Positions 27,764 to 36,768 of a DNA stretch of 64,000 nucleotides are shown one piece after another. The DNA lies in the IMG/VR virus record IMGVR_UViG_3300005529_000008, positions 1,739 through 65,738 of that record; one strand, 5' to 3'. The translations under genes and the position numbers were made by a program. Each line of letters opens with the position of its first letter. The stretch's first letter is position 1. This stretch comes from a virus (Duplodnaviria > Caudoviricetes). The notes beneath the pieces were generated by a model that saw nothing but the letters and a program-made list of their open reading frames with translations, was not told where the DNA came from and did not search any database.

Positions 27764-27964
27764 CTACGCCGCGTTTAATTTCTCGCAAAGACTATCAATA
27801 TCTTCCGTGCCCAACGGAGCCACATCTTGGAAGTGCATGGGCCAGATCGCACGTATCGTGTCCGCGTCCACATCTTCGTAGCGGCTCTGCCACATTCGTA
27901 ATGCCGCTAACACCGTCGCCCGCTCCTCCGCGTCCAGTTGTAAAGTTTTCATTGTGGTTGTCAT
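27764..27964 (-). CDS. early hypothetical protein
   Basis: AGGAG RBS; ATVLAALR.WQ...IDSLCEKLN pattern. Confidence 0.6.
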   Translation of the reverse strand: MTTTMKTLQLDAEERATVLAALRMWQSRYEDVDADTIRAIWPMHFQDVAPLGTEDIDSLCEKLNAA

Positions 27965-27990
27965 GGTAAAAATCTCCTATTTTTGAATTT

Positions 27991-28593
27991 TTAACACAGC
28001 CATTTCTGCACTAACGCATACCCGCCATCGCTATGCGGCTCACCCTTCTGCACATCCAACTTGGGATTTGGCCATCCGCCTTTGCCCTTGCACGTTGGGC
28101 ATTGGCGTTTTTTATCTTCCCCGGAATCAATCGACTCTTGTTCATATACAACATGCGTCCGAAGCTCCCTGTCCCAAAAACACGATGATCCGGTATTGGG
28201 ACCATTGGGATTGTACACGCGCGTACCCTCGCACCGCACCGTGCGCCGGTAATTGCGATGATCATTACTCGGGCAGTTCTCGCCCAAGCAACGGAAATCT
28301 GGAAACAACACTCGCCCGAGCAAGTACACGGCCTGAAAACCCATATCCATCCCGCACCCACCCATGACCACTCCTTCATGCTTGCGCGAATACCTTGCGC
28401 CAATGGCTTCCGCCACGCGCCGAGTGATCCGTAGCGGAGTGTTATCTTTAATCAGGTACACGTCTAACACCCGCGACATACCACTCCGCGAGACGTGGAT
28501 CATTTTCGTATACACGGTGTCGCCAGGTTGTACGATCTTGCGCAGCTCGTTAATACTCTCTTGTTTCTTGTCATTTTTACTTGTCATGGTCAC
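27991..28593 (-). CDS. early hypothetical protein with Zn-ribbon insertion
   Basis: PGDTVYT...VSRSGMSR, GCGMDMGF, CPTCKG motifs; AAGGAGG RBS. Confidence 0.7.
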   Translation of the reverse strand: MTMTSKNDKKQESINELRKIVQPGDTVYTKMIHVSRSGMSRVLDVYLIKDNTPLRITRRVAEAIGARYSRKHEGVVMGGCGMDMGFQAVYLLGRVLFPDFRCLGENCPSNDHRNYRRTVRCEGTRVYNPNGPNTGSSCFWDRELRTHVVYEQESIDSGEDKKRQCPTCKGKGGWPNPKLDVQKGEPHSDGGYALVQKWLC

Positions 28594-28635
28594 TCGCCTC
28601 CTTTGGCGGACTCACGTTGTTTTTGAAAACTCAAA

Positions 28636-29020
28636 CTACTCCCGCACATCTACCGGCATCACTTCCAATACCAGCTCTGCTTCTACCACCCTCCGGTAAT
28701 TCGCGTCTGGTTCACAAATACTCCCCAGCGACGCCAGTACTTTACTTTGCTGGGCATCCCACAACAAGCAACACAGCGACTCGTGCCCCCATTTGCCATT
28801 CGTAAATGAGCGAGTTATCTGCCGCGTATCTCTCTGCTTTCGCCAGCATCTCCGCGCATCTCTTCCGACCTTGTTCACGCGTTTCGGCACTGGGCTTCCA
28901 CGAATACCCCGCGTGATCGTAGAAGAATTGTACTTGCGCATCCCGCACCACGACACGGTGCGCTTTGCGTGATTGTTTCTTAATCGCGGCTTTGCGAGAA
29001 CGGCCAATATTATTTTTCAT
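28636..29020 (-). CDS. early hypothetical protein split by a frameshift at a G5 run (about 28786-28790)
   Basis: FFYDHAGYS...EQGR.RCA..LA.AE in one frame continues as VLASLGSI....YRRVVEAEL in another. Confidence 0.55.
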
Positions 29021-29315
29021 CGGACACCTCCGCATAGGCCGATTCGATGCGTTTATTGCAATGCGCGCAATAAAGATCAGGATCTTCCCAATTGATATCG
29101 CGCCCAGCAAGTTCCCAACCGTCGTGTGATCCTGTAAGGGTGGATTCTTTGATTTGAACATATTCCTTAGTCACGCAGGACGGGCAGAGCACCTCTCCAT
29201 CGTTACAAACATAATAAATCGGGTATCCACCCGGCCATGCGTAGGAATCCGCTGTTCCATTCGGAACAATTGCTTCTAACTCTCTGAGTGTCATAAGCGT
29301 TACCTCGTTTTTCAA
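29010..29315 (-). CDS. early hypothetical protein (YAWPGGYP...C..C type)
   Basis: YAWPGGYPIYY, LCPSC, INWED..LYC.HC...IESAY. Confidence 0.65.
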   Translation of the reverse strand: MKNEVTLMTLRELEAIVPNGTADSYAWPGGYPIYYVCNDGEVLCPSCVTKEYVQIKESTLTGSHDGWELAGRDINWEDPDLYCAHCNKRIESAYAEVSDEK

Positions 29316-29674
29316 TCCAGCAGTAGGGTGCTAGCCAAGTTTTATAGCGTCACTTTCCCGGCAAGCTCCGAGCTGATCTGCCCACACTTCGAAAGCGAAT
29401 CGACAAAATCACAAAATGCCGTGCGTGTATCTGTGTTGTGCATCTTACCATTCTTCACTTCACTATCGTATCGAGCAAAAATACTCCCGCGTTATCCTTA
29501 TGGTCCTCGCCTTGCGAATCGCGCAAGATCGTGACCACGCACGAGACGTTCTTAACTTTCTCCGCAAAGGCCACCGCGTAACCACGTGCGGGGAAAATTG
29601 GGCTTTCGAGCTGTACCTGGGTACGCTTGCGCCAGTAGACCACTTTGAATAGCGGCATGGTTCTCTCCTCAAAA

Positions 29675-30190
29675 TTACGCGACCAAACTCTCCCAAAGCC
29701 TATCCGGCAAGGCACTGTTACGTCTCGCTGCAAAGATCGACACGCCACAATCGCGGCACATATCGACCTTGTCAGATAACGAAAGACCGCTCCAAAACTC
29801 CATCGCGCGTTCATATTCGAGGTTGGAAAAATGCGATTCGTTCAAAATCGGGTAGCTATTCGCGCGTTCACACAGTTCCTTCGCCAGTTCAATTGCCGCC
29901 ACGTTGGAATCGTGTATAGCAATCCACTCTACCCAACCAACCGCCCAGTGATTTTCGCACACAATCTGAACGCTCAAGCAATCATCTAGCTGCTCAAGCA
30001 TCTCAACCGACAATTCATGACGCGGCGCATCTTCGGCAAGTTTTAACAATGCCGCCGATGCGACTTGAAAGTTACTCTCCTCTAACACGTCGCTATCTCG
30101 TGACCGTCCAAACCCCGCGCTATGCCAGCCTTCCCAAGTCAAGCCGGCGTAATTTTGTGGAACTCGATATGGTTTGCACTCGTGTGACAT
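29675..30190 (-). CDS. early hypothetical protein
   Basis: RDSD.LEESNF, HWAVGWVE, YPILNE motifs; GGAGG RBS. Confidence 0.7.
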   Translation of the reverse strand: MSHECKPYRVPQNYAGLTWEGWHSAGFGRSRDSDVLEESNFQVASAALLKLAEDAPRHELSVEMLEQLDDCLSVQIVCENHWAVGWVEWIAIHDSNVAAIELAKELCERANSYPILNESHFSNLEYERAMEFWSGLSLSDKVDMCRDCGVSIFAARRNSALPDRLWESLVA

Positions 30191-30842
30191 ATATTTCCTC
30201 TCCTCCGCTAAAACTCAATAAACAAACTATCAAACTCAATCACAGCAGGAATTTTCCTCCGCCACTGTTTCGCAATATATGCACCGTCACGCGCCGGCAC
30301 GACTTCCAGATACTTACAACCCCCACCTTTCGGGAGCTGATCGACGTTGCGAATTACAAGGTCGGGAGTGTATTTGATGATTGTCATTTCGCTATTTCCT
30401 CCGCGACCATAATTCTCATGCAAACTTGCGCTAGGAAATTGCGGCAGGTTAAGAAAAATCCCGTTTCATCATAATCTGTCGCGGGATCTAGCGCGAACTG
30501 TAAATCATTCGAGGTGAAGATTTGGTCAGTTTGCAAGTGTTCAAGCTGCTCGTGTGTTGACATAAAATTTCTCTCCTCTAACTCTCTGGCGTGTAACTTG
30601 CATTAACCACGAAAAACGGCTCTGACCTACGCGATTCCCGCCACTCGCGCAACGTTACCGGGCGCAACTCTGGCCGTTGCTCATCGTACTTTGCGCCGGC
30701 ATCTCGTAAATAGCCGATCCATTGCTAAGGGTGTAAAAATATGGCTTGCGGTTCGCTAGGCAATACCCGCAAGTGAAATTATACGTGCATTTACACTCGA
30801 TATTTTTAGCCATTTGATTCTCCTTTGAAATCACTCGAAAAA

Positions 30843-31109
30843 CTAGTCGTACATCGAACGTGTTGACGGCACATGACCATCTGCCCACTCTTGTGCCTCT
30901 TCGCGTGTCTTCCACGGAACGCGACAAATACCCACCTCGCCAGTGTGAGGATTGCGCACGGTCCAGCCTTGCGAGACTATCTGCCAGCCGTCTGCGAGAC
31001 GTTCTGCCTCGCTACGCCACGGCAATGCCCCGTATATACTCACCTTGCGCCCGGACGCACTCTGCCAAACTCGCGATTCGATTACTTCGTATTTCTGCGT
31101 GTTAGTCAT
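30843..31109 (-). CDS. early hypothetical protein
   Basis: GGAGG RBS before MTNTQK. Confidence 0.6.
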   Translation of the reverse strand: MTNTQKYEVIESRVWQSASGRKVSIYGALPWRSEAERLADGWQIVSQGWTVRNPHTGEVGICRVPWKTREEAQEWADGHVPSTRSMYD

Positions 31110-31239
31110 TGCCAGTCTCCTCCGCGCAAGAGTTACACAGATAATAATCGGGATTCTCATTGTGTGTCGGCACATTAGCACTGCATACGACGTGCGTAAT
31201 CTCCGCACCGCAATTCTCACAGTTAACAATATCTTCATG

Positions 31240-32370
31240 AATCATAGTGGTCTCTCTTCTAACTCCTCTGATTATCCAGCTAACTAACTAACTAACTAAC
31301 CATACTATCGCACAACACCAAAATCCTGTCAAGGGAAATCGTAACGCTAGTGAAAGAAAGTATTTCCATGAATTTTGCGCGTGTAAGTTGTTGAGAAATA
31401 TACTATGTATTTTTCACACACTCGCGCATTTCCCAAACTAACCGAACGCTCGTTCGGTAGTACTAGTTAGTTAGTAGTGTCGCTACTAACTGAACGGTTA
31501 ATTAACTTGCTAAGCTTGTCAAAATGACAAACTTCAGGTCCGTCAGGTCCGTCGGTGATGCGCGAGACCGTTCGACCGTTCGAGCCAGGTTCGAGCTAAC
31601 CGCCCCGCGCAACTCCCCGCGTCTCAGTCACTTACGCCATCACTCCCTGCTCCCCCGATCTGGTTTGGCCGGCGCAATTTTCCTGGCGCCCCTAACCAGG
31701 TCGGCATGGCGGGGGGAGGTCGCGCAACGCGGGGGTGGTTTTTGGGGGAAGAGTCTAAGTTAGTTGCGCGGGAGCGGTAAGTTTTGGAGGGTGGTTAGTT
31801 AAGATTATTAAGTAGAATGTCGAGTCAACCAACGTGTCATAAAGCGGTCGCGCCTAGCCCAATTTTCTAACTCGTTGAAAATAAATAGCGGCTAAACCTG
31901 GCTACCCGCGTGGCTAATGGCTAGGAGTAGTAGTGCTATCGGTGGGGGCTATATGACGGCTACATGTATTATTTCTCGCGCAGGCTCCGCACGATTTTAG
32001 CGAAGGAAATACGTTAGTTTAGTTATGTGTAGAAGTGTAAAGTTAGGTTAAGGCGGTGATACTCAAAATTCCCTTCGTAAAGCTTTGTAAAGACCGCTCG
32101 AAAATACTACGACTTTTATTAAACTTTACAATACTTAACCGCAGGAAATCACACTGAGGAGTTATATCGTCAAGCATAGCAATATTATATAAACAAACAC
32201 TTTATTTCTCTTTTCTTCTCTTACGTGTATTATGTCTTCAGTGTGAAATCCTGTGCGGATTAGTAGATTTTAAGATTTCGTAGTGTCTAGCACTTACATT
32301 TCTTTACGATTTGTCAAAATGACAAATTCCGTCACGAAAATTACCTTGACGCACATATTTACACTATGCT
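31240..32370. other. non-coding strand-switch region (divergent promoters, short repeats; possible genome end or origin)
   Basis: no credible ORF; (CTAA)5 at about 31280-31300; short tandem duplications; TTGACA promoter leftward at about 31304-31332 and TTGACG/TACACT rightward at about 32346. Confidence 0.6.
32118..32278. repeat. palindromic element B
   Basis: arms CCGCAGGAAATCACACTGA / TCAGTGTGAAATCCTGTGCGG around an AT-rich core; homologous to 24159-24320. Confidence 0.7.
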
Positions 32371-32373
32371 ACC

Positions 32374-32931
32374 GTGGTATTTATGTCCCCGCAATATTGG
32401 AAAGTCGCCCAGTACCGCCCGCTTGATCTCGAAACGTTCAAGCGCCGTTTTGAGCAGAAGTATGCGGTGGATGAGGCGACGGGGTGTTGGGTGTGGCAGG
32501 GGACGCGGAATAAACGCGGGCAAGGGTTGATGAGTGATGGGGTGCGGCAGCAGAAGGCGCATAAGTTGGCGTATTTATATTTCGTGTGTGGTGAGATACC
32601 ACCGATGCACTACGTCGCTCAAACGTGTAAAAACGTGGCGTGCGTGAATCCGGCGCATTTGACCGTGCGGAGGGCTGGCGCGGCGTCGAAGGAGGGTAAT
32701 TCACCGTTTGCGCAGAATGCTCGTAAGACGCATTGTATTCACGGGCATGAATTCACAGAGGCGAATACGATTGTGTATCGGGGTCGGCGGCGGTGCGGGA
32801 CGTGTCAGGATAGGCGGCGTAAGAGGCCCAAGCATACCGACGAGCGCAAGTTGCTGGAAGATGTAAGACGACGCTTTTCGGATGTCGAAATTGCGAAGAG
32901 GGTGTGGGAGGAGAGAGACGATGATTTATAA
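32374..32931 (+). CDS. HNH homing endonuclease
   Basis: GCWVWQG, AHKLAY, C.N.ACVNP.HL, KTHCIHGHEFTEANT...C..C. Confidence 0.85.
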   Translation: MVFMSPQYWKVAQYRPLDLETFKRRFEQKYAVDEATGCWVWQGTRNKRGQGLMSDGVRQQKAHKLAYLYFVCGEIPPMHYVAQTCKNVACVNPAHLTVRRAGAASKEGNSPFAQNARKTHCIHGHEFTEANTIVYRGRRRCGTCQDRRRKRPKHTDERKLLEDVRRRFSDVEIAKRVWEERDDDL

Positions 32932-33196
32932 ACCCCCGAAGTGGTCGGAGATAATTACCGTTACACCAGTTGCGAAGAATAATATTTGTCGGTCTATGGC
33001 GATTTGGTTGGAGGTGCTGGGGCCGGGGTTAGAGGCGCTAGATCCATACCAACGCCACCATGTATTGAGGCTCACGATGGAAGTGATGCTCGACACGTAT
33101 CTTGGCGCGTTGCAATCCATCGCGGACTCGGCGCAGAGAAGTGCGCAAGAGACGTTGATGATGTCAACGGCGGTGAGATTGGTGGTGACGGAGTGA
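32921..33196 (+). CDS. hypothetical protein
   Basis: GGAGGAG RBS; coupled to the MTase gene by GTGA. Confidence 0.55.
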   Translation: MIYKPPKWSEIITVTPVAKNNICRSMAIWLEVLGPGLEALDPYQRHHVLRLTMEVMLDTYLGALQSIADSAQRSAQETLMMSTAVRLVVTE

Positions 33197-34638
33197 GTAA
33201 AGGCGTATGGTATAACGAAAACGATCCCTTCGCGGCGGCGTGGTTGAGCGAGCTTATCAAAGAGGGTGTAATTGCAAAAGGAGATGTGGATGAGCGAGAT
33301 ATTCAAGATGTCAGACCCGATGAGTTGCGAGACTACACACAATGGCACCTCTTTGCTGGAATCGGGTGCTGGAGCTATGCCTTGCGATGCGAAGGTTGGT
33401 CAGACGATCGACCCGTCCTCACCGTCTCCTGTCCTTGCCAACCTTACAGCGCGGCAGGCAAAGGAGCAGGGTTTACTGACGAGCGACACCTATGGCCGGC
33501 AGCCTTCCACATTATCAGCGGACTTCGCGACAAGGTGCCATGCGTTTTTGGCGAGCAGGTTAGCAAAGCTGTCGGATTCGGCTGGAGCGATCTTGTGGAA
33601 AATGACTTGGAAGGAATCGGTTACGCCTTCTGGAAGGAAGTTTTTCCGGCTTGCAGCGTCGGCGCGTGGCACAAGAGGGAGAGGCTGTACTTCGTGGCTC
33701 ACGACCAAGGTACAGAATCACAAGGCCAGCGGGCCGAGCAGGACGGGCGACAAAGTAGACCTGCAAACGGCTGCGGAACTATCCGGCTGGCCCACTCCGA
33801 ACGCCTTACCGCCGAACCGGGGCGGACTCCAATCGAGTCCAGAGAAAGCGATGGAGCGGCGGGCGCAGGGTCATCAATTGAATCTGGACGATGCGGCGAC
33901 ACTGGCCAGTTGGTGCAGCCCCACAGCCCAAGACCACAGCCTGGGAGGACAGCCACCGAGGGAATGGGATACGGGAGTGCCGTTGACGCAACAGGCGGCG
34001 ATGACAAGTTGGGCGACTCCAGCCCAGCGCGACTTCAAGAGCGAGAGCGCCACGGACGAATTCAACGAGAAGAGGTTCAGTCATCCGAGAGGCAAGCCGT
34101 TGAGTGCGGAAGCGACGCTGGCCGGGTGGATGACGCCAGTGGTCCCGAACGGCGGCCGCAAACCCAAGGGCGGAACGATGACGGCAACTGGCCAGACTAC
34201 GGACGGCAAGAAAAGACAAGTGGACAACGACTTCTTAGCGCAACTAGCGAATTGGACGACTCCGAGCGCATCCGAGCGGAGCGGGCAGGGAGAGAAGAAC
34301 AAGTCGCTGATGCAAGATGCTCGATTGACAACCCCTGGTCCGACCCCCTCTGGCTCCCATGCAGAGACGGAAAGTACCGGCCAGTCGAACGCGTCATTCC
34401 GAGGACAGTTGAATCCAGCGTTGAGCCGCTGGCTTCAGGGACTGCCAGAGATTTGGGATATCACTGCGTTACGGGTGAAACTGGAGAAGAAGCGTGGATC
34501 ATCGGGCCGCTCATTGAGAAAGGCAAAGCAAGGGTCGGGAGATTGAGGGGGTATGGGAATTCTCTCTGTGCCCCGCAGGCGCAAATTTTCATCGAATCCT
34601 ATCTCGCGGCGCTTGACACCGGCCCGCCCGTTGTGTAG
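33193..34638 (+). CDS. DNA cytosine-5 methyltransferase, catalytic (alpha) polypeptide
   Basis: FAGIG (I), SCPCQPYS (IV), DERHLWP, GEQV (VI), H.RERLYFV (VIII), LRGYGNS (X); GTG start overlaps the upstream stop. Confidence 0.9.
   Translation: MSKGVWYNENDPFAAAWLSELIKEGVIAKGDVDERDIQDVRPDELRDYTQWHLFAGIGCWSYALRCEGWSDDRPVLTVSCPCQPYSAAGKGAGFTDERHLWPAAFHIISGLRDKVPCVFGEQVSKAVGFGWSDLVENDLEGIGYAFWKEVFPACSVGAWHKRERLYFVAHDQGTESQGQRAEQDGRQSRPANGCGTIRLAHSERLTAEPGRTPIESRESDGAAGAGSSIESGRCGDTGQLVQPHSPRPQPGRTATEGMGYGSAVDATGGDDKLGDSSPARLQERERHGRIQREEVQSSERQAVECGSDAGRVDDASGPERRPQTQGRNDDGNWPDYGRQEKTSGQRLLSATSELDDSERIRAERAGREEQVADARCSIDNPWSDPLWLPCRDGKYRPVERVIPRTVESSVEPLASGTARDLGYHCVTGETGEEAWIIGPLIEKGKARVGRLRGYGNSLCAPQAQIFIESYLAALDTGPPVV
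33290..34546 (+). CDS. nested alternative-frame MTase (beta) polypeptide with six WxTP TRD-like modules and motif IX
   Basis: open 419 codons inside the alpha gene; AAAGGAG RBS 6 nt before ATG 33290; LNPALSRWLQGLP..W motif. Confidence 0.8.
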   Translation: MSEIFKMSDPMSCETTHNGTSLLESGAGAMPCDAKVGQTIDPSSPSPVLANLTARQAKEQGLLTSDTYGRQPSTLSADFATRCHAFLASRLAKLSDSAGAILWKMTWKESVTPSGRKFFRLAASARGTRGRGCTSWLTTKVQNHKASGPSRTGDKVDLQTAAELSGWPTPNALPPNRGGLQSSPEKAMERRAQGHQLNLDDAATLASWCSPTAQDHSLGGQPPREWDTGVPLTQQAAMTSWATPAQRDFKSESATDEFNEKRFSHPRGKPLSAEATLAGWMTPVVPNGGRKPKGGTMTATGQTTDGKKRQVDNDFLAQLANWTTPSASERSGQGEKNKSLMQDARLTTPGPTPSGSHAETESTGQSNASFRGQLNPALSRWLQGLPEIWDITALRVKLEKKRGSSGRSLRKAKQGSGD

Positions 34639-34669
34639 AATGTGCAAGTCGGTCGGTCGAGGAGAGAAA

Positions 34670-34966
34670 ATGACACACGAGGAATTTTACTTCTTAAAGC
34701 TCGCGGAGGAGTGCGCGGAGGTGGCGCAGCGCGCGTCGAAGCTGTTGCAGTTTGGGCCGGACGAGGTGCAGGAGGGGCAGGGAGAGAATAACCTACAACG
34801 GCTTCGCGGTGAGCTAAACGATCTGCTTTCGATTGTTGAGATTCTGGAGAGTGAGTACGATTTGCCCCGCCCTTCCGAAGAAGAGATGGTCGTGCATTAT
34901 CTTGCGAAACGCGAGAAGCTGGCGAAGTACTTGGCGCTGTCTGAGAAACTTGGAAGGGTGAAATAA
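34670..34966 (+). CDS. MazG-like NTP pyrophosphatase
   Basis: LAEECAEV.Q..SK...FG...L.GELNDL. Confidence 0.65.
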   Translation: MTHEEFYFLKLAEECAEVAQRASKLLQFGPDEVQEGQGENNLQRLRGELNDLLSIVEILESEYDLPRPSEEEMVVHYLAKREKLAKYLALSEKLGRVK

Positions 34967-35110
34967 CGTGCCACGCATCGCGTTAGAAACGTGCAAGGCG
35001 TGCGGAGGGAAGTATGAGGGGAGCGGCGTGGGGAATTTGTGCGAGAAATGCTATGCTAAGACTGTGCCGGCGCAATTTCGCGTATCGGTGAAAAAGGAGA
35101 CGAAAATAAA

Positions 35111-35560
35111 ATGAGCTTCGATTTTATGAAATCTTACGACGGCCCGGTGGTGGAGGGCGCGGAGGAGTTGGAGGTCGTGTATGCGGCGGATCAACCACAG
35201 TATAATCCGCTGCGAGTGTTGCGCACAAATACTGCGGAGGGTGCGGTGCTATCGCGGTGGACGTTGACGGATGTGCAGCGCGATATGGTGGCGGGCGGCG
35301 GGGATATTTATTTGGAGTTATTAACGTTCGGCGCACCTTTACAACCGATACGAATGGCGGTGGGGAGGGATGTGAGTTTTTCTGACCTTGCGCGAGCGAG
35401 ATTTCCCGAGTTGTGGAGGAAGCGCATGGATGGTATAACTGTGCCCGATGCTACGGGAGATTCACAGTTTCATGAAATGTCAGATTCGTTACTTACGCCG
35501 GGATCGTCAGAAGTCGAAGATCGCGCGGTCGGTAACAACCACGAACAGGATGGTGCGTGA
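35111..35560 (+). CDS. hypothetical protein
   Basis: YA.DQPQY.PL, SRW.LT..R, TFG.PLQP; AAGGAG RBS. Confidence 0.7.
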   Translation: MSFDFMKSYDGPVVEGAEELEVVYAADQPQYNPLRVLRTNTAEGAVLSRWTLTDVQRDMVAGGGDIYLELLTFGAPLQPIRMAVGRDVSFSDLARARFPELWRKRMDGITVPDATGDSQFHEMSDSLLTPGSSEVEDRAVGNNHEQDGA

Positions 35561-35805
35561 TGGCGTTTTATTATGCGATAGCCGCGATTTGGGCAGTGGT
35601 TTTCTATATCCTCTGGTGGTCCCTCGCCGGTCGCGAGTGGTGGGAGTTGAAGTATCGCGAGAGCGGCCTGGTCGCGCCACATGTTATCGCATGGCGTTTG
35701 TTGTGGTTCGTGCCCGTATACACCGTGGTGGGTTTATTCGTCGCATTGTTATTCTTACAAGGCGGTTTGGAACCTGCGAGGAGAATGGCGAGGGAAATAT
35801 GGTGA
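35557..35805 (+). CDS. small membrane protein
   Basis: two TM segments; coupled ORF. Confidence 0.5.
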   Translation: MMAFYYAIAAIWAVVFYILWWSLAGREWWELKYRESGLVAPHVIAWRLLWFVPVYTVVGLFVALLFLQGGLEPARRMAREIW

Positions 35806-36014
35806 TTTTGAGAATTTGGCATGGCGTGCGGCATGATGATGCGATGGTGACGGAGGTGAGTGAGGGGATTGAGTCGCGCGAGGCTGCGTTAGCGGTGATC
35901 GATCGGATGGTAAAGACGGGATTTTTTGTCCACCGCGAGGACGATAAAACGGTGGTTGTGCCGTGGGCGAAGGTGAATTATTTAGAGATAATCGAAACGG
36001 ACGATGAAAGATAA
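35799..36014 (+). CDS. hypothetical protein
   Basis: GAGGG RBS before MVILRIW. Confidence 0.55.
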   Translation: MVILRIWHGVRHDDAMVTEVSEGIESREAALAVIDRMVKTGFFVHREDDKTVVVPWAKVNYLEIIETDDER

Positions 36015-36332
36015 CCCTCCCGTTTAACTGGCATCTAAACTAACACCGGCCCGTTTTACTTACGACGCGCCAGGATAAGTTCGCGGCATCTCTCCCCGCG
36101 AGCAGAGTGGGCGGTTGAGCGGTGACGTTCCCGCCCACAAGTTTTCGTAGTTTAAGTTACTGAGAGGAGACGGTAAAAGCTTGAGTGTTTCAATAAGGAG
36201 TAGCGGTAGTGACGCGATTCGTAGAAATACTGTCGGGCCTGTTCACAGCTTAACACGCTATGCGCATAGTGAAGCTCCTTTAAATTTTTAAAAGAAACGC
36301 CCGACTATGAACCCTCGGGAGTGTGTCGGGCG

Positions 36333-36403
36333 GGACGTTTAGTGTAACGGAAGCACACGCCCGATGGAGGGTGGAGAGCGGTTCGACTCCGTAACGTCTA
36401 CCA
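36333..36403 (+). tRNA. tRNA-like RNA with 6-nt anticodon loop (identity unassignable)
   Basis: GGACGTT/AACGTCT acceptor + ACCA; GTGT/GCAC D-arm; CGCCC-GATGGA-GGGTG; GCGG-TTCGACT-CCGT. Confidence 0.65.
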
Positions 36404-36531
36404 AGTTTTTTAACGAGCACTTGCCTATCTCGTTAAAATAGGCCAACGGCGATATGGCCAAAGTCCGGTATGGCGTCGGTAAATTTCTCTTAGGTCTTTA
36501 GGGATGATGAGAAAAAGTCGCCTCGATTTTT

Positions 36532-36717
36532 ATGTCGCAAAACTTGACACTACTACGTATTACCACTAAAAACTTCTGCTGCGGCGCATTCGTGGACTCG
36601 CACGGTACGATTCGTAAGACCGCGCCGTTGTTGTGGAAATTTCGCGGACAGCCCCGGCGTAATTTAGAGCGGTGGATCGCCACGCTGGGCGGTACAATCG
36701 AAACCCTCCCCGACTAA
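36532..36717 (+). CDS. small hypothetical protein
   Basis: FCCG......I...AP.L.KF.G pattern. Confidence 0.5.
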   Translation: MSQNLTLLRITTKNFCCGAFVDSHGTIRKTAPLLWKFRGQPRRNLERWIATLGGTIETLPD

Positions 36718-36768
36718 AAACCTCCCGCTGATAAAATAGTGTTAGGCCACGCTTCGCGCCGTTTTATA

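Noticed and set aside
32986-33192. N-terminal 69 codons of the 550-aa MTase ORF
   Set aside because: Overlaps the upstream gene; MTase similarity and the GTGA coupling begin at 33193
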